Part shown: positions 47,590 through 57,615 of the stretch, piece by piece
Layout of the letters: the number at the start of each line of letters is the position of its first letter
Numbering within the stretch: the first letter of the stretch is position 1
Assembly: GCA_023245895.1 (NCBI GenBank)
Contig: JAHFJJ010000003.1
Location: 11,343-75,342, forward strand
Length of the DNA: 64,000 nt
Reading direction: 5' to 3'
Source: Candidatus Doudnabacteria bacterium
Lineage (GTDB): Bacteria; Patescibacteriota; Doudnabacteria; UBA920
Notes under the pieces: model-generated
Seen by the model: only the letters and a program-made list of their open reading frames with translations
Database searches by the model: none
Told to the model about the DNA's origin: nothing
Program-made: the position numbers and the translations under genes

Positions 47590-49113
47590 ATGATTAAATC
47601 AACTGTTAAAGACCAGGAAAGAATAGGCCAGTTTATTAGCGAACTTAGGGAATTAAAAGGCTTTACCCAAAGTGATTTTGCCAAAGCACTAAAAACCAGC
47701 CAGTCGGCCGTAGCCAGGATGGAACAGGGGCGGCAAAATTTAACCACGGAAATGCTGGCTAAAATAAGCGGCGTGTTAAATCATGAGATAATTACTCTGG
47801 CTGACAAATCGGTCAACTTTAAAATACAAGGCGGACATAAGCTGTCCGGGAAAGTAATTATCAACTCCTCCAAAAACGCGGCGGTTGCCCTGCTCTGTGC
47901 CTCTCTTTTGAATAAAGGCAAAACAGTATTTAAGAATGTGCCTAAAATAGAGGAAGTCCATCGCGTAATAGAAGTGTTAGCCAGCATAGGCGTAAGCATT
48001 AAATGGCACGGTAGTGATGTAGAAATTGTCCCGGGTAAAATCAGCCTTAATAAAATAGACAAAGACGCGGCCGTAAAGACCCGTAGTGTGCTTATGCTTT
48101 TGGGCCCGCTTTCCCATCTTCTTAAAAATTTTAACCTTCCTTTGGCTGGCGGCTGTAAATTGGGCGAAAGGACAGTAAGGCCGCATTTGTTCGCTTTGGA
48201 AAAATTGGGGGTAAGGATAAAAACCAGCCACGACCACTATCAAGTAACCTCTACGAAGCTTCAGCCGGCGGAAGTTGTCCTTTACGAAATGGGCGATACA
48301 GTTACCGAAAATGCTTTAATGGCTGCGGCTAAGATATCCGGGGTTACAACTATCAAACTGGCATCAGCTAACTATATGGTTCAGGACATGTGCCATTTTT
48401 TGGTTTCCTTGGGAGTTAAGATAGAAGGCATTGGCACATCTACCTTAAAAGTCCACGGCAAGCCTAATATTAACCAGCGCGCGGTTTTTTATTTAAGTGA
48501 AGACCCCATTGAGGCCATGCTGTTTTTGTCTTTGGCCGCTACGACTAATTCTTCCATTACCATAGAAAGATGCCCTATAGATTTCCTTGAGCTGGAATTG
48601 TTAAAGCTTGAAAAGATGGGTTTTAAATACCAAATTACCAAACGCTATAAAAGCCATAATGGCGTTACAAATTTGGTAGACATTAAGACTCTGCCTTCCA
48701 AACTTACGGCTTTAGAAGAAAAAATCCATCCGCTCACATCATCTGCCGGCATAAATATAGACAACCTCCCCTTCTTTGTCCCCATTGCCACCCAGGCTAA
48801 GGGCACAACTTTAATCCACGATTGGGTTTACGAAAACCGCGCCATCTACTATCTTGAACTAAATAAACTTCGCGCCAATGTTATTCTGGCCGACGCCCAC
48901 AGGGTCTATGTAGAAGGCGTAAGCGAACTTCGCGGCGCCGAAGTCATTTGCCCTCCCGCCCTTAGGCCCGCCGCTATTATTTTAATAGCAATGCTGGCGG
49001 CTAAAGGCACATCTGTCTTGCGCAATGTTTACTCTATTAATAGAGGTTACGAAAATTTGGTCCAACGTTTAAAAAGTTTGGGCGCTAAAATAGAAATGAT
49101 ACACAGCATATAA
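47590..49113 (+). CDS. murA: UDP-GlcNAc 1-carboxyvinyltransferase with N-terminal XRE HTH
   Basis: HTH (TQSDFAKALKTSQSAVARME), SKNA, GGCKLGER, INRGYE. Confidence 0.93.
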   Translation: MIKSTVKDQERIGQFISELRELKGFTQSDFAKALKTSQSAVARMEQGRQNLTTEMLAKISGVLNHEIITLADKSVNFKIQGGHKLSGKVIINSSKNAAVALLCASLLNKGKTVFKNVPKIEEVHRVIEVLASIGVSIKWHGSDVEIVPGKISLNKIDKDAAVKTRSVLMLLGPLSHLLKNFNLPLAGGCKLGERTVRPHLFALEKLGVRIKTSHDHYQVTSTKLQPAEVVLYEMGDTVTENALMAAAKISGVTTIKLASANYMVQDMCHFLVSLGVKIEGIGTSTLKVHGKPNINQRAVFYLSEDPIEAMLFLSLAATTNSSITIERCPIDFLELELLKLEKMGFKYQITKRYKSHNGVTNLVDIKTLPSKLTALEEKIHPLTSSAGINIDNLPFFVPIATQAKGTTLIHDWVYENRAIYYLELNKLRANVILADAHRVYVEGVSELRGAEVICPPALRPAAIILIAMLAAKGTSVLRNVYSINRGYENLVQRLKSLGAKIEMIHSI

Positions 49114-49144
49114 TTTTTTGACTTTAACATTTTTTTGAGCTAAT

Positions 49145-49405
49145 ATGAAAGTAGATATGGACTATGGACTCACCAACCATGCCCGACAAAGGATAAAAGA
49201 ACGTAATATTTCAATTAAGCTGGTAGAGGAAGCTGTCTCCAACCCAACCAAAATTTCAGTAGACTCAAAAGGGGTTTTAATACTTAAGAAAGCAGTTTTA
49301 ATTAAAGGTAAACGCAGGCTATTGCTTATAGCCGGACAAGTTCGGGAAAACAAATTTAAAATTTTTACGATTATTGATACGTCTAAAGTAAAAAAGTACT
49401 TATGA
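49145..49405 (+). CDS. DUF4258 (BrnT/RelE-like) putative toxin
   Basis: LTNHARQRIKERNI; overlaps the next gene. Confidence 0.75.
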   Translation: MKVDMDYGLTNHARQRIKERNISIKLVEEAVSNPTKISVDSKGVLILKKAVLIKGKRRLLLIAGQVRENKFKIFTIIDTSKVKKYL

Positions 49406-49632
49406 AGAAACAACAGGCAAAAATTATATATGACAAGGAGAGTCAGGTGTTGTCTTGGCAGCTTCAGGCCGGCAAGAGCGTAGACAGCGACATTGACGAC
49501 AATGTGGTTATTGACTATGGCAAAAACGGCAAAATTATGAGAATCAATTTTTACAATTTTAGCTTGGAAAATTTTAAAAAACATAAAGCTAATTTTAAAC
49601 AGTTGCACAATTTAGCTTTGCAGGTGAGATAA
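49402..49632 (+). CDS. DUF2283 putative antitoxin
   Basis: IIYDKESQVL, VVIDYGKNGKI. Confidence 0.75.
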   Translation: MKKQQAKIIYDKESQVLSWQLQAGKSVDSDIDDNVVIDYGKNGKIMRINFYNFSLENFKKHKANFKQLHNLALQVR

Positions 49633-49784
49633 ATAAACCGCGGCTACGAAAAATGTGGTGCAAAGGCTGAAAAGTTTAGGCGCGAAGATAGAGATGATAC
49701 ATAGCATATAAATAAAAAAAGAAAGGCACTCCGTGTGGGGTGCCTTTTTGAATTTGGCCTGTATTTAGCGTTGTTGTTGGCGAA

Positions 49785-50156
49785 TTACGTAGATTTATGA
49801 GGAGGGGCAAGCCTTAGCCCTCTCCTGAAAACCCACTGGCGCGCTGCTTCTTCGCTCGGAAGGCCGAGAATGGTCGCGAGATCCTTGCCTGAAATGCCGT
49901 TGCCGATAATTTTGACTACAGTTTTCAGCGCGAGACCGTCCAGTATTTCATTTAAGCCTGTGGCCTGGATTTTCTCACCGTCACGGAACAGGCTGGCAAT
50001 AAGCGTGGCTATGGCCTCGAGCCTTTCTTCCGCAGAAGAAGCTTCCATTGCCTTTTGAAGCTTTGTAACAGTCAGCAGTTCCTGGTACCGACTGTCTGCT
50101 AGCCGTAAAGCGGCTCGGAGCTCGTTCAGTATGTCGTCTACAGTCCTGGTTGCCAT
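49785..50156 (-). CDS. Hypothetical protein with possible C-terminal HTH
   Basis: SGKDLATILGL..EAARQW; AGGAGG SD. Confidence 0.6.
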   Translation of the reverse strand: MATRTVDDILNELRAALRLADSRYQELLTVTKLQKAMEASSAEERLEAIATLIASLFRDGEKIQATGLNEILDGLALKTVVKIIGNGISGKDLATILGLPSEEAARQWVFRRGLRLAPPHKST

Positions 50157-50358
50157 TGTGTCCTCCTAGTACTAATGGTGTTTTGGTTTTTTTAAGGCGC
50201 TCTTTTAGGTAAATATTTTAACAACCGGCCTAAATGAAGCCTTTAAATGTATCATGAAAATCGTTCCGTGTCAAAGGACAGCAGAAAGGTTTTTCTAATA
50301 AGCAATCCTGGATTTTTAGTCCGGGGTGTTTCCTGTTTGCATGGCCGGACGCCTTAGG

Positions 50359-50760
50359 TCAGATTTTTTTGATTATGATTCGAAATTCTTTTTCCTCCGT
50401 TTGAAAATTTTCTTCCGTCACGAAAAAGATGTTAGTTTTTTCGTCGTTTTCTTTAAATGAGAGAATGCCAAACGGGGAATAAAATCTTTCATGGGCCAAG
50501 ATGACCAGAATTTTAAAATGTCCGTGGTCGCCGCCCGCCTGGTAGTGGAAAGATCCAGTCGTCAGGTTGATGCTAAAGCTGACCCAAAAGCAATTTTCAT
50601 TTCCGGCATTTTTACTCTCGATTTCCATCAAATCTAGGAAAGGCAGTATAGTGTATTCGCAAGTATTGAAAGGAACGTCGGGCAGCACCTTAACCGCCTC
50701 CATTGCCACCATAATGGCGTACAAGACCTCTGCGCTGAAACTGGCTCCCTGAGTTTGCAT
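50359..50760 (-). CDS. Hypothetical protein
   Basis: AGGAGG SD, upstream TTGACA promoter. Confidence 0.55.
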   Translation of the reverse strand: MQTQGASFSAEVLYAIMVAMEAVKVLPDVPFNTCEYTILPFLDLMEIESKNAGNENCFWVSFSINLTTGSFHYQAGGDHGHFKILVILAHERFYSPFGILSFKENDEKTNIFFVTEENFQTEEKEFRIIIKKI

Positions 50761-50949
50761 TTGTCCTCCTGTGGTATAGTGGTTTGGGTTTTTGTTTTAA
50801 CTTGATATATTAACATAAATATTTACTATTGTCAATAATTAACGTCAATTTTATAGTATTAATTTGCTTTAAATAAAGCCAAATTTATATATTTTAATAT
50901 TTTGTCGAAAGTTATTGACACAATCTGAATAATCATATATAATAGGAAT

Positions 50950-51738
50950 ATGATTAAAATAGATTCGCCAATTTATAGGAGCCTGGTAGGTTTAGGCCTT
51001 TCCGAAAAAGAGGCTGGGGTTTATTTGGCTTTGTTGGAACTTGGAAAGCGTACCGTGTCGCCTATTGCAAGGTCTTCAAATATAAACCGCACAACGGTTT
51101 ATGATATTCTTTCTTCCTTGACTGCCAAAGGTTTGGTGAGCGTTTCGGGCAAGGAGCCTTTGCAGGAGTACGTGGCTGAATCGCCGGACAAGATTTTAGA
51201 TTTGGTAAAGTTAGAAATAGAAAAAAAACAGAAAGATTTAAAACAAGCCGAAGGGGTTATTCCTGAGCTTAAGTCCATGCATAATGTTGCCGACAGGCCC
51301 AAAGTAAGATTTTATGAAGGCACGGCAGGAGTGGAGGAAGTTTACGAGGACACGCTTACTTCGCATGAAACCATAAGGGCTTACGCGAATGTAAATGAAA
51401 TGCACGCGGCCCTGCCCGATTACTTCCCAAAGTATTATAAACGCAGGACTAACAAAGGCATACACATTCGCGCAATTATCCCTTCCAATGAAGCGGGTAA
51501 GGAGCGGGCTGATAAAGATAAAGAAGAAGCGCGCGAATCCGCTTTGGTGCCGGAAAATAAAGTCTACTTTTCTCCGGAAATAAATATTTACGACAACAAA
51601 GTTATGATAGCTTCCTGGAAAGAAAAATTGGGTATTATTATAGAAAGCAAGGAAATTGCCGAAGCCATGAAAACCATTTACGAACTTGCCTGGAAAGAAT
51701 CTAAACGTTTGGAAAAAGAAAATAATTTGGTGCTATAA
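50950..51738 (+). CDS. TrmB-family transcriptional regulator
   Basis: LGLSEKEAGVYLALLELG, RPKVRFYEG, EINIYDNKV. Confidence 0.9.
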   Translation: MIKIDSPIYRSLVGLGLSEKEAGVYLALLELGKRTVSPIARSSNINRTTVYDILSSLTAKGLVSVSGKEPLQEYVAESPDKILDLVKLEIEKKQKDLKQAEGVIPELKSMHNVADRPKVRFYEGTAGVEEVYEDTLTSHETIRAYANVNEMHAALPDYFPKYYKRRTNKGIHIRAIIPSNEAGKERADKDKEEARESALVPENKVYFSPEINIYDNKVMIASWKEKLGIIIESKEIAEAMKTIYELAWKESKRLEKENNLVL

Positions 51739-51966
51739 TTAAAGCATGCCCGGTAATACAGCATTCAATAAGCTCTGCCTGCGGTAGCTACTCGTATTGA
51801 GCGAAAAGGTATTGTCGTTTTAAAGCAAGTTTTTCTATAAAGTTAAGCAGAGCTTGTCAAACGGGTTTAAAGAGTTCCTCATCTTTTAGTAACTAAAATT
51901 TTATTATAATTAAATTCTTTTCAAACATTTAAAAAACGTTTGGAATTGAATGTTGATATACCGGGC

Positions 51967-52719
51967 ATGAAACCCACACATCCATCTCATCACGTCCGCC
52001 ATATGGGCATTGGCACCGGAGTCTACAAGAGCCTGGGTCATTTGGTTTTGACTTTGGTAATTGTGGTTTTGCCATTTTTGTTTTTCCTGTTGTTTTCCAA
52101 AGCGGCTAAGCTGGCCACGGGAGAGTTGTTTGCCGATGTTTTTATTTCCGTGGGACGTTTGTTTTTTGCTTACGCCATTGCGGCGGGTTTAGGCTGGCTG
52201 TTGGCCGTAAGTTTTTACCATGGCAGGCGCGCCTCGGTTGCTTTGCCGGTGTTTGATGTCTTGCAGAGTTTTCCCACTTTTGCCCTTTTGCCTCTGGTTA
52301 CTTTGCTTTGGGGCAAGAGCGAGCTGACCATTGTTTTCTTTTTGGTTATTACCATTATTTGGCCAATATTTTTTACAGTCGTGTCACAGCTCAAGCTTTT
52401 AAAGTCCGAATGGCAGGAAGTAGTTACGGTATACGGGCTTTCAGGAAAGGATTATTTAAAATATTATTTGTGGCCTGCATCGCTCCCCGGGCTTATTACC
52501 GGTTCCATTATTGGTTTGGGTGAAGGCTGGGAAGCGTTGGTGGCTACGGAAATTATTGTTAACCACCCTGTTGGCTTGGGCAGTTTTTTTCAAAATAATT
52601 CTTTACACCCCGTTCTGACCGCGGTGGGCATTTTTGGCCTTCTGCTTTTAATTTTTTGCGTTAACAAGCTAATTTGGTTGCCGCTTTTGGAATGGAGCCA
52701 TAAGAGGAGCGAGGAGTAG
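51967..52719 (+). CDS. NitT/TauT-type ABC permease
   Basis: DVLQSFPTFALLP, LPGLITG, LVATE. Confidence 0.88.
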   Translation: MKPTHPSHHVRHMGIGTGVYKSLGHLVLTLVIVVLPFLFFLLFSKAAKLATGELFADVFISVGRLFFAYAIAAGLGWLLAVSFYHGRRASVALPVFDVLQSFPTFALLPLVTLLWGKSELTIVFFLVITIIWPIFFTVVSQLKLLKSEWQEVVTVYGLSGKDYLKYYLWPASLPGLITGSIIGLGEGWEALVATEIIVNHPVGLGSFFQNNSLHPVLTAVGIFGLLLLIFCVNKLIWLPLLEWSHKRSEE

Positions 52720-52773
52720 CCATACAAGGGGAATCCTTGCGCAGCGCAAGGATTCCCCTTGTAGATAAAGTAT

Positions 52774-53514
52774 ATGGACACCGCAATCAGTGTAAAAAAC
52801 CTATATAAATCTTTCCAAAATTTTGCCGGTAAAAAGCAGGAAGTTTTGGCGGATATTAATTTGGAAATCCCGCAGGGCGAATTTTTTGTCTTGCTGGGTC
52901 CTTCCGGTTGCGGCAAGTCCACCTTGCTTAGGATTATGACCGGCCTGGATAAAGATTTCCGTGGCGAACTTTCTTACTCTAAGGGCTTTAAAGCAGAAGA
53001 CATAAGTTTTGTTTTCCAACAATTCGCGCTGTTGCCCTGGCTGACGGTGGAACAAAATGTAGGCTTAGGGTTGGTGGCCAGGAAGTTTCCTGAAAATGAA
53101 ATCCGTAAAATTGTAACTGACCAGCTAAAGGCTTTCAGTCTGGAAAAATACAGCAACCACTATCCTAAAGAACTATCGGGCGGGCAAAAACAGCGCGTGG
53201 GTTTGGCTCGCGCTTTTGCCACATCGCCTAAGCTTTTATTTATGGATGAGCCTTTTTCCGCCCTGGACAGTTTTATTGCCAAAGAACTCCGCGAAGAGCT
53301 TTTGCGCGTCTGGCAGGAAAGCAGACCTACGGTAATTATGGTAACCCACAACATTAACGAAGCCATTGAGCTCGGCGACCGCATTGCGGTTATGTCTTCC
53401 CGCCCCGGCAAAATAGAAAAAATTGTCCACAACTCCCTCGCCCGCCCCCGTCCAATGCGCGGCACACAGGTTTTTGAAATGGAAGATGAGTTATATAAAT
53501 TGGTTAAGCCATAG
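52774..53514 (+). CDS. NitT/TauT-type ABC ATPase
   Basis: GPSGCGKST, LSGGQKQR, MDEPFSALD. Confidence 0.93.
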   Translation: MDTAISVKNLYKSFQNFAGKKQEVLADINLEIPQGEFFVLLGPSGCGKSTLLRIMTGLDKDFRGELSYSKGFKAEDISFVFQQFALLPWLTVEQNVGLGLVARKFPENEIRKIVTDQLKAFSLEKYSNHYPKELSGGQKQRVGLARAFATSPKLLFMDEPFSALDSFIAKELREELLRVWQESRPTVIMVTHNINEAIELGDRIAVMSSRPGKIEKIVHNSLARPRPMRGTQVFEMEDELYKLVKP

Positions 53515-53631
53515 TAAATAACCCGGTAACTATTCCCGCCAGAGGCGGACAGGCGCGCGAATGGTTACTGGGTTAAAATAAAACCCTCCCCCCGCCAACT
53601 GGCAGAGGAGGGTTTTAGTTCTCTAGGTGAT

Positions 53632-54978
53632 TTAAGGCAGTACAAGTACGGAGCGTCGTCGGAAGAAGAATGTAGTAATTGCTCCGAGAATCAGGACAAG
53701 CGCAATCCAGTATAAGGGAACATAAAAATTAATTAGCTCCCAAATATTAATCCAATTAAGCGTTATAGTCCCGTGGACAGTGGCGACTGTATCAAGCAGG
53801 TCGCCGTTTTGCTGGTTAGCGGCTTGTAAATTATTTTGCGCGTTTTGGATGTAGGAATCCGCGGAAGCCATTTGTTTGGCGAAATTATCATTTTCCTGGG
53901 CCAAATTGTTTTGCAAGCTTTGAATTGCGTTTTGTAGGACTTGTTTTTGGGCTTGAATGTCCAGGTATTGTTGGAGGTTGTCAGCTCTTTGGTTTTGGAG
54001 CGCCGTAAGCTGGGCAGAGTATGAGTTTATTTGCGAACGGATTGAGCCGGCAACCAGGTTGTGGTTTTTTGTCAGCCTTGCCTTTTCGGCGTTGAGTTGG
54101 CTAAGCTCGTCACCGGCTGTTTTTTGGTCGGCTTCAATGTTCTTTTTTTGCGGCAGAAGATTTTCTGTTTGTATGCTTTCTTTATAAAAGCGTTCTCCCG
54201 CCAAATTTTTAATTTGCTGGCTAAAGGCGCTGAACTTATCCGCCGGCACAACAAAGCTTATGTAGCCAAGTTTGTTTGAACTGCTGCTTAAGTCAACCCT
54301 GCCGCCAAAGCCGCGAATGGCTGTTTGTATGCTGTTGGATAAATCTTGCACTTTGCGGGTAAGTACACTCGCAGAGTAGCTGGTTTTTAAAAACTCGCGG
54401 TTATCCGTGCTGGGCACTTCGGACTGGGGCGGGTAAGGTATTTGGGGGCTCCTAAATCGGTCCGCGACTTCGGGGTTGTAGGGAGGCACTGGAATTGGTT
54501 TGGCCTGTATGGAAGGCTTGTTCGGTATTTTTAATTCTGACTGAGAGGGAGTAGGCGGCATGACGCCTGAAATCAAGGGCGTTCCCGGGGTGTTAGGTAT
54601 TTGCGAGGTATTGGGCTCGTATGGCTGAGGCTGGATCATGTTGGCGAGCGGGTTTGGTGAAGCATCAACAGCCGTTCCCTGCTTGGCAACAGGAACAGTA
54701 TTTTCTTGTGAGCCGTCGCTTTGGGAAGTAGACGGAGCTGCCTTATAAGTCCCAAAGTTTGGCTTGCCCGGCGCCATGAAAAAAATAAAAGCAGCCGTGC
54801 CGGCCAGCAATAATGAAAGCCAAGGAGTTCGCAAACTTTTTTTCTTATGCGTTCCCAAGCTTTGATTTATGGAGAAGTTGGCCAAAATTTTATTTTTTAG
54901 TTCAAGATTGCTTTGCGGAATTTGATGCTGGGATTTCCCCCACTCGACAAGCAAGTCTTGGATTGTGTAAGTTTTCAT
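53632..54978 (-). CDS. Anti-sigma-like membrane protein with DUF4349-like/coiled-coil domain
   Basis: Downstream of the ECF sigma; TM, Pro-rich linker, ferredoxin-like and coiled-coil region, C-terminal TM. Confidence 0.7.
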   Translation of the reverse strand: MKTYTIQDLLVEWGKSQHQIPQSNLELKNKILANFSINQSLGTHKKKSLRTPWLSLLLAGTAAFIFFMAPGKPNFGTYKAAPSTSQSDGSQENTVPVAKQGTAVDASPNPLANMIQPQPYEPNTSQIPNTPGTPLISGVMPPTPSQSELKIPNKPSIQAKPIPVPPYNPEVADRFRSPQIPYPPQSEVPSTDNREFLKTSYSASVLTRKVQDLSNSIQTAIRGFGGRVDLSSSSNKLGYISFVVPADKFSAFSQQIKNLAGERFYKESIQTENLLPQKKNIEADQKTAGDELSQLNAEKARLTKNHNLVAGSIRSQINSYSAQLTALQNQRADNLQQYLDIQAQKQVLQNAIQSLQNNLAQENDNFAKQMASADSYIQNAQNNLQAANQQNGDLLDTVATVHGTITLNWINIWELINFYVPLYWIALVLILGAITTFFFRRRSVLVLP

Positions 54979-54982
54979 AGAT

Positions 54983-55504
54983 TTAAGGTTTTAAGGCAGC
55001 TTGGGCGCGCGCTAAAGCCCTGTGCAGGCGGACGCGGACGGCTACAAAATTAATATTTAAAATTTTGGCAATCTGGTTGTGCGGCAAATCGGCAATGTAG
55101 CGCAGTCTTAACAGTTCGCGGTCTTCGTTGGAAAGTTTTTCAAGCGCCTGCTCAACCAATATGGTATTTTCGGTTTCGTTAGTATTTTTTGCCGGCGCGT
55201 CGTGCAGGCTCGGGTCAAAAGGCACTTCGCGCTCGCCTTTGCGCCAGTGTTGCCGGCATTCATTTCTGGCTATGGCAAAAAGCCAGGCGCTTACCGGTAT
55301 GCCGCGCGGTTTATAGCCGGGTAAAGCTTCAATAGCTTTAACCCAGGTTGCCTGAAGCAAGTCTTCGGCCAGCGCTTTATCGCGCGTAGTATTAATAAGA
55401 TAGCCAAAAAGCTTTGGCGTAATATTATCCCATAACAGGCCCAAAGCTTCCCGGTCGCCGCTTTGCGCCTTTTTTACAAGTATTCGTTCTTGTTCTGGAT
55501 TCAT
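54983..55504 (-). CDS. ECF sigma factor
   Basis: AEDLLQATW, WLFAIARN, VRVRLHRA. Confidence 0.93.
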   Translation of the reverse strand: MNPEQERILVKKAQSGDREALGLLWDNITPKLFGYLINTTRDKALAEDLLQATWVKAIEALPGYKPRGIPVSAWLFAIARNECRQHWRKGEREVPFDPSLHDAPAKNTNETENTILVEQALEKLSNEDRELLRLRYIADLPHNQIAKILNINFVAVRVRLHRALARAQAALKP

Positions 55505-55539
55505 ATATGAATTTTGTAATATCGATTATTACATAAGGA

Positions 55540-55567
55540 TAATACACCAACAGCCCGAAATGTTACA
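55540..55567 (-). promoter_or_regulatory. Putative autoregulatory ECF promoter
   Basis: TGTAAC-N16-GTATTA upstream of the sigma gene. Confidence 0.5.
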
Positions 55568-55595
55568 GAGTTTAAAAAAAGCCCGGTTGGGCTTT

Positions 55596-56288
55596 TTAGG
55601 TTTTTTGATAGGCTAAAATTAAGTATTTGGGGACTTTCTTTTTTAGCCTACTTCCATATTGCTTTAAAAATTTGGGATTATAGTCTAAGTGGCTTTCAAG
55701 CCTTTTTTTAAAGCCTAAATTCTTAAATATTTTGTCGTAAGCTTTGGCGTCTCTAATGTAAATCGGCACTTGTTGTCCGCTCCCGCCGGCGCGGAAGTTC
55801 TTTTTTATATTTCTTACCTTTAGAATTTTAGGGTCATGGACGGCAAAAATTATCTGGCCGTTTTTTTCCATGCTTTGTGAGAGAGTTTTAAAGCAATTTT
55901 TTACATTTGGCACAAACTGGAAAACCATAATTCCGCAAATCAAGTCGAACTTTCCTTTTAAGCGGATGTCTGATAAAACTTTTTTTTCGTCGCCAACAAA
56001 AAATTGGACCTTTTTGCCTAAATGATGTTTGGCAACTTTTATCATTTTGGCCGAAACATCTACTCCCGCCGCCTCAAAGCCCATTTTAATAAGTTGCCCG
56101 CAAAACATTCCGGTGCCGCAACCGTATTCCAGGGCACGGGCGCCTTTTGTATTTTTAATGTGCTTTTTTATGTATTGTAAAAACACCGGCCAAACCGTGA
56201 GCACGTTGTCCATGGCTCCGGCATAGGCTTTCTTTTTGTAAGTATTAAATTTAGCGCTTACTTCGTCCCAGGCTTTTGCTGAGTCCAT
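55596..56288 (-). CDS. Class I SAM-dependent methyltransferase
   Basis: LEYGCGTG, GVDVS, FDLI. Confidence 0.88.
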   Translation of the reverse strand: MDSAKAWDEVSAKFNTYKKKAYAGAMDNVLTVWPVFLQYIKKHIKNTKGARALEYGCGTGMFCGQLIKMGFEAAGVDVSAKMIKVAKHHLGKKVQFFVGDEKKVLSDIRLKGKFDLICGIMVFQFVPNVKNCFKTLSQSMEKNGQIIFAVHDPKILKVRNIKKNFRAGGSGQQVPIYIRDAKAYDKIFKNLGFKKRLESHLDYNPKFLKQYGSRLKKKVPKYLILAYQKT

Positions 56289-56526
56289 TGCTTTTAATCA
56301 GGCTAAGTTTTTGTAATCTTGATAATTTTTTTACCGCCGCTTCCCGGCTCAATGTTTTGCCCCAAGACCTAAACGGTTCAGAGTAAACTATTTTTCCGCC
56401 GCCCCTGCTCCTAACGTAGGCGGATCCTTTTCCCGAATTATGGACCAATTCCCGCGCTTTTAAATCTTTCGCGCTGCCGCAATAAAGTGTGCCGTCTTTG
56501 CATTTGAGGATATAGAAATAAAACAT
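56251..56526 (-). CDS. Small GIY-YIG nuclease (UPF0213-like)
   Basis: FYILKCKDGTLYCG, HNSGKG, REAAVK. Confidence 0.9.
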   Translation of the reverse strand: MFYFYILKCKDGTLYCGSAKDLKARELVHNSGKGSAYVRSRGGGKIVYSEPFRSWGKTLSREAAVKKLSRLQKLSLIKSNGLSKSLGRSKR

Positions 56527-56528
56527 GA

Positions 56529-56795
56529 TTAATATTTCAGAAATTCTTTAAGCATTTGTTTTAAAGTCACCTTACCTTTTGTTGTTTTGAAATACGCTTC
56601 TCTGCGTAAGGCGTCTTCCTTTGATCCAAAAGCCTCGTAGAATATCAGCTCGAGAGGCCTGCGATTTTTGGTTGATATATTTTTACCCTTATTATGGTCT
56701 ATAAATCGTTGTTTCAAATTATCAGAGTAGCCAATATAGAATAGCTTATCTTTAAGACTTCTGAGTATGTAAACGTAATGAAATTTTATAGTCAT
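56529..56795 (-). CDS. Small GIY-YIG nuclease
   Basis: YVYILRS, FYIGYS, HNKG, RREAYFK. Confidence 0.9.
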   Translation of the reverse strand: MTIKFHYVYILRSLKDKLFYIGYSDNLKQRFIDHNKGKNISTKNRRPLELIFYEAFGSKEDALRREAYFKTTKGKVTLKQMLKEFLKY

Positions 56796-56918
56796 TTGAT
56801 TCTTTGTGTCCAGCCCTGTACCAGTCGTCTGACTCCGGTACGGGGCATGAACCATTCACCCCACTTTCCATTAGCACGCTGGTGGCGTGCCATGAACCTG
56901 AACGGAGTGAATGGTTCA

Positions 56919-56992
56919 TGGTGGACCTGGGGGGAATCGAACCCCCGCCTCGGCAATGCGAATGCCGCGTAATACCACTTTACTACAGGCCC
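56919..56992 (-). tRNA. tRNA-Ala (CGC)
   Basis: Cloverleaf, G3:U70, CCA. Confidence 0.9.
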
Positions 56993-57045
56993 AAACTTTA
57001 TAAATTTTACATTAAATAAGAATAAAGATAAAGGATAAAAACTTT

Positions 57046-57079
57046 ACTAGCATAGTGCGCGGCCGCGCACTATGCTAGT
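57046..57079. repeat. Perfect 34-bp palindrome overlapping the stop of the PaaX/Cas2-like gene
   Basis: ACTAGCATAGTGCGCGGCCGCGCACTATGCTAGT. Confidence 0.9.
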
Positions 57080-57606
57080 TGAAATTTTCGTTTTAAATCG
57101 GTATCGTCATCTAACTCATCTATTCTTGCTAAGTGTATAAACTCAATTAAACCGGTTTCTTTTAAGTACTCAACAGCCGCCCGGTTTAACGGATAGGGGC
57201 TGATAAAAACACTGGCCTGCCACTTAATAAAGTTATTTTCTTTTAGGAGCCTTCTGAGCTTGTCTCGTTTATCTTTGGCTTCTTCGGGGATATCAAATGC
57301 CGCCAACCTCCATTTATTGTCCCACTTACCTTTTTCCTTTCTCGACAAGTGCGCTTTTAAAAACAAGGTTTCCATCTCGCCTTTTTTAGTGAGTTCAATA
57401 AAATGCCTCCCGTGCTTACTAATTTTTTTTATTAACCCCCGGGCCTTCAGGTTGTGTAAGGTATCATAAATTTTTTTGCTCTTGTAATTTTTTAACTGCT
57501 CGCGCCTCCAAGAGTCAGAATACTCCAAAGGCCAGGTGAAAAACCCCGTAGCGTCGCCTATGGCACTTAGCAATACAGATGAAAATGTCCCGTACTTTTT
57601 TGACAT
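57070..57606 (-). CDS. PaaX-like wHTH + Cas2-like ferredoxin-fold protein (solo)
   Basis: LKARGLI...LTKKG wHTH; WDNKWRLAAFDIPE..RDKLRRLL..F..WQASVFISP. Confidence 0.85.
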   Translation of the reverse strand: MSKKYGTFSSVLLSAIGDATGFFTWPLEYSDSWRREQLKNYKSKKIYDTLHNLKARGLIKKISKHGRHFIELTKKGEMETLFLKAHLSRKEKGKWDNKWRLAAFDIPEEAKDKRDKLRRLLKENNFIKWQASVFISPYPLNRAAVEYLKETGLIEFIHLARIDELDDDTDLKRKFQLA

Positions 57607-57615
57607 AAAATTTAA

